Below are positions 1-13,470 of a stretch of DNA of 64,000 nt, piece by piece (position 1 is the first letter of the stretch; each line of letters starts with the position of its first letter). Under the pieces are notes generated by a model. It had not been told where the DNA came from. It worked only from the letters and a program-made list of their open reading frames with translations, and did no database searches. The stretch comes from Eledone cirrhosa (lineage: Eukaryota). Location of the stretch: the NCBI GenBank assembly GCA_964016885.1, contig OZ024742.1, positions 128,340,001 through 128,404,000 of the forward strand, in the 5' to 3' direction. The translations under genes and the position numbers were made by a program.

Positions 1-160
1 ACAGGCACAGTCCATCTGAGGGGTTCCAAACAGTTTCCATCTACCTAATTTCACTCAAAATGCATGGGTCCACTCGAGGCTATTGTAAATAACACTTGCC
101 CCAAATTCCACACAGTGAGATTGAACCTGGAACCTAATGATGATGAAGTGAACTTCTTAC
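1..160 (-). mobile_element. Degraded tRNA-derived SINE fragment
   Basis: Reverse complement contains a B-box-like ggttcaatct and ggcaagtgtt, resembling other SINE heads in the window. Confidence 0.5.
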
Positions 161-1539
161 CCATTTGGTCATGCTGCATCCACCTAAGTTTCGATAAAAA
201 AATAAAAGCCATTGGCACAATCCCTTTCTCCAGATCAAATCCTTTCATTAGCCCTTTGAATACCAAATTGCCTAAAACCATCTTTGGGTTTTGTAATATA
301 ACTTTCTCATTATGAAGCTGATGCTTGGAACATAACTTAGCAAAGGCTTTTTAAAATATACAGTTTTGCCTCATTGAATCAAGGCTAGTTTCAATCGGTT
401 GTATTAAAAGGGCTAAAGTAGTGGAAAAACCCCATTTCATAATACATTATACTGTTTGATAAAAGTGAAAAAGAAGAAAACACAAGATGGTTGTTGTCCT
501 TTGCCTGATTAAGATCAGCTTCCAAGGCCCACCATGAGGAGGGTGATAAACGTGGTCTACAAACTTGTCAGCAACATTTTATAACTTCTTCATGCGTATA
601 AGTTGGTCTTGACATTGTATAACTGACAAATGTTATTTCAGCTTGAAATGATTTGTGAGTTCTACTATACGTGACTCTCTTTCTTTAGAAGAAATCAGCT
701 ATCTTCCAACTTGGAGAAGCATGATTTCTGACAGGTTTTAAATGTTGATGACATACCAGATGTCAGGAAACTGCTCCTATGACTTCATTAAGAGTTAAGG
801 GATCTTTATTCATATTCTTTTACCATAATATGACAAGGACGTGATTCTATTAAATTAAAAATGTAATAGTAGTGTACAGATTTCTGGCCTTCTAACAGTG
901 TATAAAGTCTTGAAGGAATATAGTAGAATAACTAACATTTTTTCATTATTCCTTTTTTGTTTGGGACATAACTTAACAAACATTCTTACATAAAATTATG
1001 ATGGAAGGTTTATAGATAAATATAAACACTTTAAGAGAACAGCTAGCTATACCCACTGAGGTGGAATGACTGATACAGCAGCAGGTATTGCTAGCTTTCA
1101 CTGTCTTGTCCATGGAATGCAGCTGAGATGTAAAATTTGCCCAATCCCTTTCCCACATACCCTTTTTTGTTTAACTTTTCTTTCTCCCACTCATTATCTT
1201 TTTCTCTTTTTTCTCTCTTCCTGCTTATCATTTATATTTTTTCTAAATACTTTCGTTAGTGTATACCATAAATATGAAAATATTAAATTCATTCAATTTG
1301 ATTTAACTTACCTGATTTTCTGTAAACCGTAAAGCTTGAAAAATTAGCTGTTAAACCATCTGAGCTATTCAGTTGGATGTCATAGATGCCTAGTGAAAAA
1401 ATATTGATATTTGTCATATTTCTGTTAATGGGTTAAATATAAATGTATTAAAAACAACTCCATCATTGTGGCTACAGTCAAACATTCCTGACAAAATCTC
1501 CCAACAATTCACAATTTTCCATTGCTCCTGAGAGTTGAT

Positions 1540-1900
1540 TGATGAAGGTTCAGGCAGGTCTTCCTCTACTGCATCTCCGAAGAGTTGGTTCCTACAATAG
1601 TAGCTTTTGTTTTACTTCCTGCTTACCTCTCCAGCAACATCTGGAAAATTGTAACCATCTTTGAGCAATTGTAATTGTTATCTTGGGCAAGTTTCCGTAT
1701 AAACTTCCATTTGTAATACATTAACGCCAGTTTGTTTTGTACAACTCTAAGCATTTTAGTATATACACCGTCTACTTTCTTCTCAAGTGCTTGTGTCAGA
1801 GTCCATCTACCTGATCCATACAACAACACTGACTGAATTGCTTGTGTCAGGGTCCATGTACCTAATCCATACAACAACACTGACTCAACAGATATTCTGA
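1540..1900 (-). mobile_element. Degraded RTE-like LINE 3' fragment with an internal ~60-bp tandem duplication
   Basis: SVLLYGSGRWTLTQALEKKVDGVYTKMLR matches the RTE post-RT LLYGxExW region. Confidence 0.65.
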
Positions 1901-1960
1901 AGAATTAAAAACAACAAATATATAACTGTTTTCAGTTTCAAAATGTGGTGTTCTTTTGTT

Positions 1961-2010
1961 TTAGACATTATATATCACTGAATTTTGGCAATCTCTAGCA
2001 TTCTCCATAC
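1961..2010 (-). CDS. Possible next or terminal exon of the host gene
   Basis: Long polypyrimidine tract + cttag; phase-1 read gives (G)MENARDCQNSVIYNV*. No independent support. Confidence 0.25.
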
Positions 2011-2999
2011 CTAAGCAGGTAAAAAAATACAACAAAAAAACAAAAATATCATAACATGTATAAGACATTTTGAATTTCCATATATGAAATTTCTGCTGAA
2101 ATGTGGAAAAGAGATAAAATGATGACCATGCATGTTGTGATATTTCCTTTTCTTTGTGCATCTTAGAGCATTAGATTAAATGCCTTGGTATGCTCTCAGT
2201 TCAAATCTCAAAGGTCAACTTTGCTTTTCTTCCTTTTGAGGTCGATAAATAAAGTATCAGTTCAGTATCGTGGTAGGTTTTTCTTCCATTCCTCTTTCTC
2301 ACTTTCTTTCACTCTTCCTCCTTTTCTCTGGAAGAAATTCAGATCTGAAGAGAGATGGGTTCCAGGTTTAAAATGTCCAACACATACCTTGATTCCAGGA
2401 GTTAAGAGTCCTTTACTTTCCTTCCATGCATATTGAAATATTTTCTTTTCTTTTATTAATAGATCAATCAGAATTGACACAGATCAATCAAATACTGTTC
2501 ATTTTCCTTTTATTGCCCTATTGCCTTCATTTTCATTCTATTCATTAATTTTATTATTTTTATCTCCTTATTATGTACAGCAATTTCCAGAGAGTGTTGA
2601 GAATTTTTGATATGTAATAGGGACAATATAAAAGAACATCAAAATGTTAGTTTATTTTATTTCATATTTCATCTCATTTCGTTTTTTTTTCTTTTTTCTT
2701 TTTTTTTCGTAGGTTTTCTGAGCCGCTGTCAAGATTTATGTTTGAATTTGCATTTCTTACTGGACATGAATTTCCCATTAAGTAGCAAACATTGAAAATA
2801 GATGGAAACTGTGGAATCAGTAGACCAAAGAAGACATGGGACAAAGTTATAAAGAATGACCTGAAAAGACTGAATGGACCGCATGAAGATGACACAGGAC
2901 TGAGTGGACATGCAATATGCCATAATCGAAAAGACCTGTGCTCCAGTACAAGCACTGTGACACCATGAAATGTAAATGTCTTGAGTTACTGGAGGCTAC

Positions 3000-3860
3000 A
3001 GTGTTTAGTGATTGAACAGAAACAATATATATGCTGCTCATTATCTCATCCCAGTTTTTATCTATTTGGTGGTCTGGACCAAACCAGACCCTGAGCAGTT
3101 TAACCGGTCTGCTCCTTCAGCACCTGACAATGCTGTTGGACAGCATAGACTTGCCACTTCTGGTGCCGAGCTGCAAGCCCATCGACTTTTACTGGTTAAT
3201 TTGTGTTCCTGATTTTGCTTTGTATTCCTGGAGAGCAGTGCCAATCAACTCAGTATGATTGCTGCTCGACATCACTACAGTCATGTCATTGACATTTGCT
3301 GACACGGATCTTCCACATCTTAGTTTGTGTGGGATGCCTCTCAACATCAATTTATGAAGTAGTGGCTTGAGAATCAATACATACAAGAGAGATGAGAGGG
3401 GACAACCTTGGCAAACTGAGTGCATGATGTTGAATGGTTCAGATAGGTAGCCATTCACTCTAATCACTGAACAAATGTTGCTATGCATTGTAGCAATCTA
3501 ACCTCTGAATACAGATCCAAAGCCCGTTGCCTTGAGGATAGTTACCAGGTACTGATGGGTGACCCTATTGAAAGCTTTTGACTGATCTAAGTTGATCAGG
3601 GCATCACCTGTGCCAGGTTTCTTAGCTACTCTCTCTATGAAGTATTGCATAAGATGGAAGTTGTTGTGAATGGATCTATCTGGAATGGCACATGTTTGTG
3701 CCTCTTCTACCAGACCACCAACAACAAGCGCCAACCTCATCGCTAACATCTTGGGCCAAAATTTTAAACTATGTTTTTAGCAGAGTTATGGGCCTAAAAT
3801 TATCTATGTAGTCCCCTCTGTTCAGGCCCTTTCTCAGTAGCACCACCACACCTCATATCA
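3000..3860 (-). mobile_element. L1/Tx1-type LINE reverse transcriptase fragment
   Basis: DQSKAFNRV, QGCPLSSLLY, RSIHNN motifs; frameshifted. Confidence 0.85.
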
Positions 3861-3884
3861 CAGGACTGGGAATAATAATAATGG

Positions 3885-4070
3885 TTTCTGACTTAGGCAA
3901 GGCCTACAATTTTGGGGAAGGGGAAAGTTGATTAAATCGACACCAGTGCATTTGGTCAGCAATTGATCTCAGTGCTTAAATGGTACTTTGCCTTTCATCC
4001 TTCCAAGGTTAATAAAATAAAGTTGACTTTGGTGGGATTTGAACTCAGAACATAAAGAGCTGTAAACAAT
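3885..4070 (-). mobile_element. Short tRNA-derived SINE (family 2), degraded
   Basis: gggatttgaactcag B-box; similar to 31820-32005. Confidence 0.7.
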
Positions 4071-4274
4071 GTCAGAGGGCCTTTGGTTTGTTTTCCCAAG
4101 AACAGAGACATATATGAAAGCAAGCATATACAATGTTTATTATACATAAACATATTTTATATGCTTTCATATATGTTTCTGTTGGGGATCGCGGTGTGTT
4201 AGTGCTATTGCTAATTCTCTCTAGTATTTTTGCCTTGAAAGGCACATAAAAATGAAGAAGTGAACAATTCTTAC

Positions 4275-4395
4275 CTTTAGTTAAGTTGACAGATACTTTA
4301 AGATAGGTTGAATTTTCAATGACATATGAAGTAATTACATTGATTTTTAAGTGCATGTTGTTGTCTATTGATCCAGCCACATTAATATAAAGCGT
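4275..4395 (-). CDS. Host gene exon 5 (beta-rich, IPT/TIG-like)
   Basis: ttttttcaag acceptor, AG|GTAAG donor; phase 0 to 1; TLYINVAGSIDNNMHLKINVITSYVIENSTYLKVSVNLTK(G). The domain name is inference. Confidence 0.75.
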
Positions 4396-4589
4396 CTTGA
4401 AAAAAGAAACAAAAAATAAATCATAAACCTCGATGTATTAATCCAAAATTCGAGGATATTAATTGCTTTAATTACTTTTATATATAAACTAATGGAGCCA
4501 TGCTGTCAATAATGATATTAATAGTTATGAACACTCAGAGTTTTCCAACAAAATGTATACACACTTCAGGAAAAGATATATATATATAG

Positions 4590-4958
4590 AGCATTGGCCT
4601 TGCAATCGAAAGGTTGTGAGTTCAATTCTCAGACTGGGTGATGTGTTGTTTCCTTGAGCAAGACACTTTATTTCACATTGCTCCAGTTTACTCAGCTGTA
4701 GAAATGAGATGATAGGGACTGGGGTCCATATCATTCCACTGTAGAGTGGTCGTGGAGGTGCCACGGCAAAAAAGCACCCAGCCCACACTGTAAAGTGGAC
4801 GTTTAGGCGCCACGGAAAAAAGCACCCAGCACTCACTGTAAATGAGGTTGGTGTTAGGAAGGGCATCCAGCTGTAGAAATCAAGCCAGAATCAGTTCCCG
4901 TCCCACCCTTGCAAGCAGGGAAAAGCGGATGTAAAATGAAATGATGAAAATGATGATG
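4590..4958 (+). mobile_element. tRNA-derived SINE (family 1) with RTE-derived tail
   Basis: gagttcaattc B-box; last ~40 nt match the RTE 3' end, then (ATG)n. Copies at 33860, 50565, 55393. Confidence 0.85.
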
Positions 4959-4971
4959 ATATATATATATA

Positions 4972-7900
4972 TCATCATCATCAACATCATCATCATTTTA
5001 CGTCCGCTTTTCCCTGCTTGCAAGGGTGGGACGGGTCTTATTCAGCACAGCATCTCTCCGCTCGTCACGATCCTTCGTCATCGCCACCGTGAGCTTCAAT
5101 GATCTGAGGTCTGTTCTCACCACCTCCGCCCATGTTTTTTGTGGTCTACCTCTACCACGTCTTCCTTCAACTGGCAATTCCTGGCACTTTTTCACCCATC
5201 GGTCATCCTCCATGCGCATCACATGTCCATACCACCTCAGTCTCCTCTCCCGTACACTACATTCTATCCCTCTCAGACACAGTTTCTCTCTCAACACATT
5301 TATGCTGGGTCGTTCACGCACATTTACAATGCACATCCAACGGAGCATGCTTGCCTCATTTCTCTCCAGCCATCGCATATCATCTGCAGTTGCTGCCCAT
5401 GTCTCACTACCATGCAGCATCGCGCTCCTCACACAGGCATCATACAACCGGCCTTTCGTACGCAGGGAGAAACCCTTCTTCATCAACAGAGGAAGCAGCT
5501 CCCTAAACTTATTCCAACCCGTCCTTATTCTAGATACTATGGCCTCGGAACACCCTTCTCCCATGCTAATCTGATCTCCTAGGTACCGGAAGCTATCCAC
5601 CACTTCTATAGCGCCCTCCTGCATTTGAAAAATGTGTCTATCAATGCGACTTCTACTGTCTAATTTCCCTGTACATCAACTGCATACATATTTCTCCCTA
5701 CCTGTTAGTTTGCCTGCTATCCCGCTACATCTCTTGTGTACCCAGGTCCGCATTGTGTGCATTTTATAGAATTTATGCCAGTTCCTTCTGCATATCGAAC
5801 ATGGCCATTTCCCTGACGGAATCAGGGTTTTGTCCTCTTTTCTACTCATCAACACTTTTGTCTTAGCTAGATTCACTCTCAGTCCTCTTGCTTCCAACTG
5901 CTGTTTCCATAGCCAGAATTTATTCTCTAGCTCCTCTACTGATTCTGCTATAAGAACCAGATCGTCAGCATAGAGAAGTTCCCATGGACAGCCAGTCTTA
6001 AACTCCTGTTATGGCTTGGAGGACTATAATGAACAAGAGCGGGCTGAGGACCGAACCCTGATGTACTCCTACTTGTATCTGGAATTCCTCACTAAACTCC
6101 ATTCCTACCCTGACTTTACTGAGAGTACCTCTGTACAAAGTTTGCACTGTCCTCACAAGCCATTCCTCAACACCCAGCTTCCTTAGGGACCACCAGATGA
6201 CAGATCGGGGTACCCTATCAAAGGCCTTCTCTAGGTCAACAAAGGCTAAGTATAGTGGCTTATTCTTCTCTAAGAACCTCTCTTGCAATTGTCTCACCAA
6301 GAAGAGGGCATCTGTTGTACTCTTCCCAGGCACAAAACCAAACTGCATCTCATCTAGTTTGACCCTTTCTCTAATTAGTTGTGCTAAAATCCTTTCTGCC
6401 ACTTTCATAACCTGATCTATCAGTTTTATACCCCTATAATTGCTCCTCTCCAAAGCATCCTCTTTACCTTTGTAGCAATTTATGAGAATACTGCTGCACC
6501 AGTCTTTGGGTATGACACCACCATATATAGCCTGATTGATGATGCGTGCAACCAGTTTAGTGCCTACGTCCCCTGATGCCTTCAGCATCTCAGCAACTAT
6601 TCCCGATGGTCCAGCAGCCTTACCATTTTTCATTTCACTAATCGCCTCTTGGACCCTATATTCGTCAATCTCAATAGCTGGTCCCTCTGTCGGATCTACT
6701 AAGGGTAATTTCTCTCTCTCCCATTCGTTCTCCACATTCATCAGTCTCTCATAATGACATTTCCAGGCCTCCTTTTTCTGATCATTCGTGACACTAAGTA
6801 CACCGGCATCATCCCGGACACATTTATCTCCAACAACATCCTGATTTGCATTGACACACTGCCTTGCAATGTGGAACACCGCACGCCTCTGATCTTCCCA
6901 TCGCAGAACATTGGCAAACCTCCTACTCTCTGCCTCCCTGTGTGCTAAGTATACCTGACGTCTAGCTTCTTTCTTAGCGGCTGTATATTCTTCCCTACTC
7001 CCACCCTTTTTCCAAGCCTTCCATGCTAGTCTTTTGTCTCTAATAGCCTTATCTACTGTGCTGTTCCACCACTAGGTCACTCTCTGTCTGGTTGGAGTTC
7101 TGCTCCAGCCACAAGTTTCATCAGTAGCCTGCAGCAAGTTGTCACGTAAGAAATTCCAGTTATTATCTATGTCATACGTCTCTAAATCGTCTTCTTTTTC
7201 GTCATATACATCTTGAAGGGCTTTCCTAAATTTGTATTTTAGTGAAAGGTCTTTTAGCTTCCAGACCTTTCTTCTCCACACCTTCCTATATGTCTCATTC
7301 CATCTCTTGCTTACTGAGATATCACTAACAACTAACCTATGCTGTGGGGTACATTCTTCCCCAGGGTATGCCTTGGTATTAGACACTATCTGCCTGTCCC
7401 GCTGCCTAACTAGTAAGAAGTCAATCTGGCTTATGTGCTCACCAGATTTGTAGGTTATTAGGTGATTGGCAGGTTTCTGGAAGTTTGTGTTGCAAATAGT
7501 CAATGTACCTGCATCACAAAATTCAAGAAGTCTCACTCCTTCATTTCTTGAACCGTAACCGTGCCCACCATGTACCCCAGTGTAATCATCCTGGAGCTGT
7601 CCAACATGACCATTGAAGTCTCCTGCTAGCATAACGATGTCTCCGTCTTCTGTCATTGCGGTTGTTTGCAAAAGTTGCTCATAAAAGCAGTTTTTCTCAT
7701 CTTTGCCTAGGCCTGCTTGGGGAGCATAGGCCGAGATGATTGTCAGTAGTCTCCTACCTACAACTAATCTAAGCTTAATTATTCGATTACTAACTCGAAC
7801 TACCTCTATTGTCTTATTGATCCATTTCTCAGCCAGGAAAATGCCTACTCCCCCTAACCCATCATCCTTACCTACCCAGAATAGCTTATAGCTAAGACGT

Positions 7901-8250
7901 TTGCCTACGACTAGTCTCGCAGAGGCACCTCTCCATTTCACCTCTTGCACGCAGCACACATCCACCTGCCTTCTCTCCAGCATCTCCGCTATTTCAGCAG
8001 ATCTACCTCTGAGAGTGCCAACATTAAGTGTTGCAACTCTGAGATGCGACGTCTTCATATTTTGTTGTTGTTCCTATTTGTTGCTGTTCTGATAAGCGTT
8101 TTGGCATTGATACACTGGTTGGATGCCCTTCCTAACACCAGCGCCACTTTACAGCATGGACTGGGTGCTTTTATTTGTGCCACCAGCACTAGAGAGGATG
8201 TCTTACTAGACTCAAGGGCCCTCTCTACCCCTCCATTTTACAGCATGGTC
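4972..8250 (-). mobile_element. Near full-length RTE-clade LINE (APE endonuclease + RT), disrupted
   Basis: ATLNVGTL, GDFNGHVG, FVDLEKAFDRV, QGSVLSP, YADD, LRWYGHVMRM; stops and frameshifts; (ATG)n tail. Confidence 0.95.
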
Positions 8251-8411
8251 ATTAAAAAAAAACCCAAAAAACAAAATCCTTATTGACACGACGCACACAC
8301 ACACACTCACACACTCACACACCAACACTCATGCATACAAACCACAAACACACACACGCCACTCACATACCAACACTCATTCATGCATACAAACACACAC
8401 ACCACTCACAA

Positions 8412-8445
<34 letters not shown>

Positions 8446-8564
8446 TACCGGCAGTACTGATACAAATACAAAATCCACATCATGTCAACTGTTGACTTTT
8501 CCCAGTCCAGTTCAGCTTGTATATAATAATAATAATAATAATTGTTTGCTTTACGCTGGTAATG

Positions 8565-8895
8565 GCGGTGGTGGTGGTGGATGGTGTCAGTGTAGTGGTG
8601 GTGTGTGGTGCTAGTGTGGTGGTGGTGGATGGTCAGTGATGGTGGTAGCAGTTGTTGGTGCTGTAGTTGTTATTGTAGTTGCTGCTGCTGTTGCTGTTGT
8701 TGTCGTTGTTGCTGCCGTCGCTGTTGTTGTTGTTGTTGTTGTTGTTGTCGTTGTTGCTGCCGTCGCTGCTGCTGTTGCTGCAGACAATAGTGTTGATGCT
8801 GTTATTGCTGTCGCATATATACAAATACACACACATTCAACACAGACAACGGTGTTGTTGCTGTTGTTGTTGTTGTTGCAGTTGTTGCTGTGTTG
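8565..8895. repeat. (GGT)n/(GTT)n/(GCT)n trinucleotide tract
   Basis: Direct inspection; paralogous tract at 46910-47640. Confidence 0.9.
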
Positions 8896-9419
8896 AAATC
8901 TGGTCGCATCCACTGAGATACACATATACACACACATATATATATGTATATACACATACATACATCAAAAGAGTCAGCAGTATGTCAACAGGGAACAGGG
9001 AACAGGTCAGCGACCTTAGATAGTGTAATGAGTACTGTGGTGATGATGGGGAGCGAGTGTAGACGTTATTGTTATTGTGGTGGTGGGGGTCAGTGAGATG
9101 TACAAGTTCATAGTTCACTTGTTCCTTTTTCCTCTCTTTTCAAAATTTGAATGCATGGCCATCTGCAATGGCGGACAAGTATATATAATACAAGAAGCAA
9201 AGAAAAGAAAATTTCAATGATAAGAAAGATCTCCTGGTAGAAATTCAGGTGTATTCAGTGTTGGTATCCAGTTTCGGGGTATCCAATTAGAAAATCCAAC
9301 GAATTTTTGAGAGGTCCACGCAAGCATTGATATATATATGTATATGTATGTAAAATGTAAGCATAAATAACGACACATATACCAATGAACATGCCCCCAC
9401 ATATATATATATAGCGCTG

Positions 9420-10659
9420 AGTTCAGATACATAAGGAACGAACTAACATGTATCCGGAACAAATGCACCGATGCAAGAGACCGAGACACACACCACACAT
9501 TTCCTGGAAGTACTTAATCTGAACGGATACCCGACATCCACCGCGAACCATGCCAGAAACAACAGAGGACACCACACCTGAGACACTAACACCTGTTTCC
9601 TGAAGCTCCCACACTTCAGTGACGAAACAACAACAGCCATCAGCAGAGCTATCAGACGAGAGGGACTAGATATCCAACTAGCCTACTCAGGACCTTCTCT
9701 ACGCGGACAGCTAACCAAAAGACACTCCACCAGACATGACAGCCGCTGCAGGCTAGCCACTGCCCATCAACGACACAGACCTATGCCACCAGGCTTACGT
9801 CATATACAGATTAGAGTGCGACAAATGCAGCAATTTCTACATAGGTAGCACCACCAGACCACTTCACAAGAATAAAAGAACACCTCAATACTAATGCTTC
9901 CTCATTTAAGAAACACCTAGTGAAATGCAAAAACACCGACAAAAACATAATATTTAGGATAGAAGCTACTAAGGATAGAAACCTCGGCAATCTTAGAATT
10001 AAAGAAGCACTGATTATAGACAAAACGAAACCACCAATCAATAACAGACTAGAACTCAACACCCAATTTTTAACATGATAGAGCACCTAGCCCCACAAAT
10101 ACACCCCCACGTACCCTCTCTCTCACACACACGCACACACACACACGCTTACACCTCCACTTATTCTCTCTCACACACATACACACACAAAGACCAGTTT
10201 TAACATGATAGAGCATCTAGCCCCCACATTTACATATCCTCTCACACTCACACACACATACACACACACACACGCGCATGCTTACACCTTCACGTATTCT
10301 CCCACACACACTTAAACATACATGTCCAAACCCTTTTTTAAAGGGAGACAACTCTTTATCCATCTAACCTTCACTCTTTGACATTAGAAATAGAATGGAA
10401 TTTCTATACCATTTCCTGTCAGCATGACTTGGCAAGCTAATTAGAACACTGGATTAACCCCTTTACTTCCCTCTGAAGAAGAGATATTATCTTGAAAATT
10501 AAGGATATTCAAATAAATTTAAGGTAAAAGACTAATTGTCAGCAATATCTTTTGCATTTGTATTTATATTCTATATCCATACCTGCATTGTTTTGGCCTT
10601 CTAACTCCAAACGTTTATACGTCATTACGCAATGCTTCAAGTAAACTACAATTTCCTCC

Positions 10660-10660
<1 letters not shown>
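9420..10660 (+). mobile_element. Penelope-like element 3' part (GIY-YIG endonuclease + 3' region)
   Basis: YVIYRLECDKCSNFYIGSTTRPLH/RIKEH...IKEALII..PPINNR, frameshifted; hammerhead at 10473. Confidence 0.85.
10467..10506 (+). ncRNA. Minimal hammerhead downstream of a Penelope endonuclease
   Basis: cct-CTGAAGA-gagat/atctt-GAAA-AATT palindrome-A-agg; stem I only 3 bp. Confidence 0.5.
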
Positions 10661-10716
<56 letters not shown>

Positions 10717-10941
10717 CATATACATATATATATATTTAAGGAACGATCGAATTTCGTCAAATCGGACCGAGGGAACAATGTTTCCGTTGGTCTTTCCAAT
10801 TGCTAATACTATCTATAGGTCGCAACTCCAGATAGAAGGAGCAATGTGAAATAAAGTGTCTTGCTCAAGGACATAACACATCGAACTCACAACCTTACGA
10901 TTGCGAATCCAATTCTCTAACCACTCAGCCACACGCCTTCA

Positions 10942-11020
<79 letters not shown>

Positions 11021-11022
<2 letters not shown>

Positions 11023-12060
11023 TCATCATCATCATCATCATCATCATTTTACGTCCGCTTTTCCCTGCTTGCAAGGGTGGGACGGGTCTTATTCAGCACA
11101 GCATCTCTCCACTCGTCACGGTCCCTCGTCATCTCCACCGTGAGCTTCAATGATCTGCGGTCTGTTCTCACCACCTCCGCCCATGTTTTTCGTGGTCTAC
11201 CTCTACCACGTCTTCCTTCAACTGGCAATTCCTGGCACTTCTTCAGCCATTGGTCATCCTCCATGCGCATCACATGTCCATACCACCTCAGTCTCCTCTC
11301 CCGTACACTACATTCTATCCCTCTCAGACACAGTTTCTCTCTCAACACATTTATCATCTGCAGTTGCTGCCCGTGTCTCACTACCATGCAGCATCGCGCT
11401 CCTCACACAGGCATCATACAACCGGCCTTTCGTACGCAGGGAGAAACCCTTCTTCATCAACAGAGGAAGCAGCTCCCTAAACTTCTTCCAACCCGTCCTT
11501 ATTCTAGATACTATGGCCTCGGAACACCCTTCTCCCATGCTAATCTGATCTCCTAGGTACCGGAAGCTATCCACCACTTCTATAGCGCCCTCCTGCATTT
11601 GAAAAATGTGTCTATCAATGCGACTTCTACTGTCTAATTTCCCTGTACATCAACTGCATACATATTTCTCCCTACCTGTTAGTTTGCCTGCTATCCCGCT
11701 ACATCTCTTGTGTACCCAGGATCCGCATTGTGTGCATTTTATAGAATTTATGCCAGTTCCTTCTGCATATCGAACATGGCCATTTCCCTGACGGAATCAG
11801 GGTTTTGTCCTCTTTTCTACTCATCAACACTTTTGTCTTAGCTAGATTCACTCTCAGTCCTCTTGCTTCCAACTGCTGTTTCCATAGCCAGAATTTATTC
11901 TCTAGCTCCTCTACTGATTCTGCTATAAGAACCAGATCGTCAGCATAGAGAAGTTCCCATGGACAGCCAGTCTTAAACTCCTCTGTTATGGCTTGGAGGA
12001 CTATAATGAACAAGAGCGGGCTGAGGACCGAACCCTGATGTACTCCTACTTGTATCTGGA
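11021..12060 (-). mobile_element. 5'-truncated RTE LINE copy with internal deletion
   Basis: Near-identical to 4972-6084; (ATG)n tail abuts (TA)n. Confidence 0.95.
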
Positions 12061-12133
12061 ATATATATTCAATTACTTAACTACATTTCTTGCATCAAGA
12101 TATCTCAAAATGGTAATTCATCTTTTGTGTGTG

Positions 12134-12471
12134 TACAGTTCTCCCCCTGGTATCTGCAGGGTTTACATTCCTAGAGCACCCGTGAAGAGTGACAAACCAC
12201 GAATATTGGATGTGGTCCATAAAACTGCCTATAAATGTCAAAATATGACGTAAAATATAATAAAAAAAAGTCTTATGCAAAGGTGCTTCTAATACGGTAT
12301 ATTGTTATTAATAATTTAGCATTAAAAAAAATATATATTGCTTCGAAAACAGCCATAAAAAATCAGAGAAGATATTTATGATTCCGTAAATATGCATTGG
12401 TTTCCATGAACAATTCCACGAATAACCAGAACCACAAATGTTGGGACTGCAAATGCCGGGGTACACTGTAT
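12134..12471. mobile_element. Tigger/pogo-like MITE
   Basis: TA-flanked imperfect TIRs cagttctccccctggtatctgcag / ctgcaaatgccggggtacactg. Confidence 0.55.
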
Positions 12472-12744
12472 ATATATATATAAAGTTGTAGTTCCTGTTT
12501 GTTTGTTTTTTTGTATATTCTGAAACTACATTGCCCAGGGTACTTGGATAAGTATATTTCATTTTAATCAAAGTGTTTCCTGGAGGCACAAACGCTCACT
12601 GAAAACCCCCGCTGAAAATGTTTTCTCTTCGATTTATATGAAATTTAAACGATAGGTAAATGACAAGATGCGATGCCTATTCACAAAATTTCAGCAAATT
12701 TCAATAATATTAAGACACCCTAATGGGAGTTAAACCCCTTATAG

Positions 12745-13470
12745 TGAAAATTGTGGCCAATAAATGGAACAAGATGTGTTGTAATAAGATTGCATGAGAA
12801 CTTGATTGAAGCAACCATTATATTTGGGGCTTTCAAAGGTCAAGCTCTTCTCATTCCAAGGATTCCACTTATACCAAGTAATAGCGAGTTGCCTTTTACA
12901 TTTAAGAAGCTGCAGTTTCCAGTGAGGCCATGCTTTGTCACGAGCATCAATAAGAGTCAAGGTCAAACTTTCAAAACTATTGGTATAGATCTGACAAACC
13001 CATGTTTCAGTCATGGCATGTTTTATGTGGCTGTTTCAAGGACTGGAACTTTAAAAAATCTCTACATTTTAGCCAATCAAAGAAAGACAAGAAATGTTGT
13101 TTACCCTGAAGTTCTTCATTAGGACAAAGTATGAAATATATTTTCATGTATTTATTATGTTAAAAAATAAATAATTAAACTTTGAATTTCTAATTTGAAA
13201 ATAATGCTTTACACTAAAATGAAATGATCAAGTTTTGAATTGATATTTAAAAAAAAATTATTTACAAGAAACAAAATAAGAATAAGATTTAATAATGTAA
13301 TTTTGATTTGATATATTACAAAAAATAATGTTTTCCAATTTTTCATGCATTACATTTTACATTTAGTAATATTGACATGTAGAGTTTTTCTCCATAAATT
13401 ATATCACTGATTTAAAATCAATCATTTTCTTACAAAAAAAATGTGTGAAATGCAGCATAGCATGGGTAGT
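12745..13470 (+). mobile_element. Helitron 3' fragment (PIF1-like helicase C-terminus)
   Basis: NGTR, LIPRIPL, QFPVRPCFVTSINKSQGQT, FSHGMFYVAVSR, TRNVVYPEVL. Confidence 0.9.

Noticed and set aside
51-415. Further host exon ending at a GTAAG donor near 160
   Set aside because: The donor-like sequence is part of the SINE head, and frames from the nearest strong acceptor hit stops.
12751-13122. Host PIF1 helicase exon
   Set aside because: Matches the Helitron helicase end, has no other exons, and is antisense within an intron.
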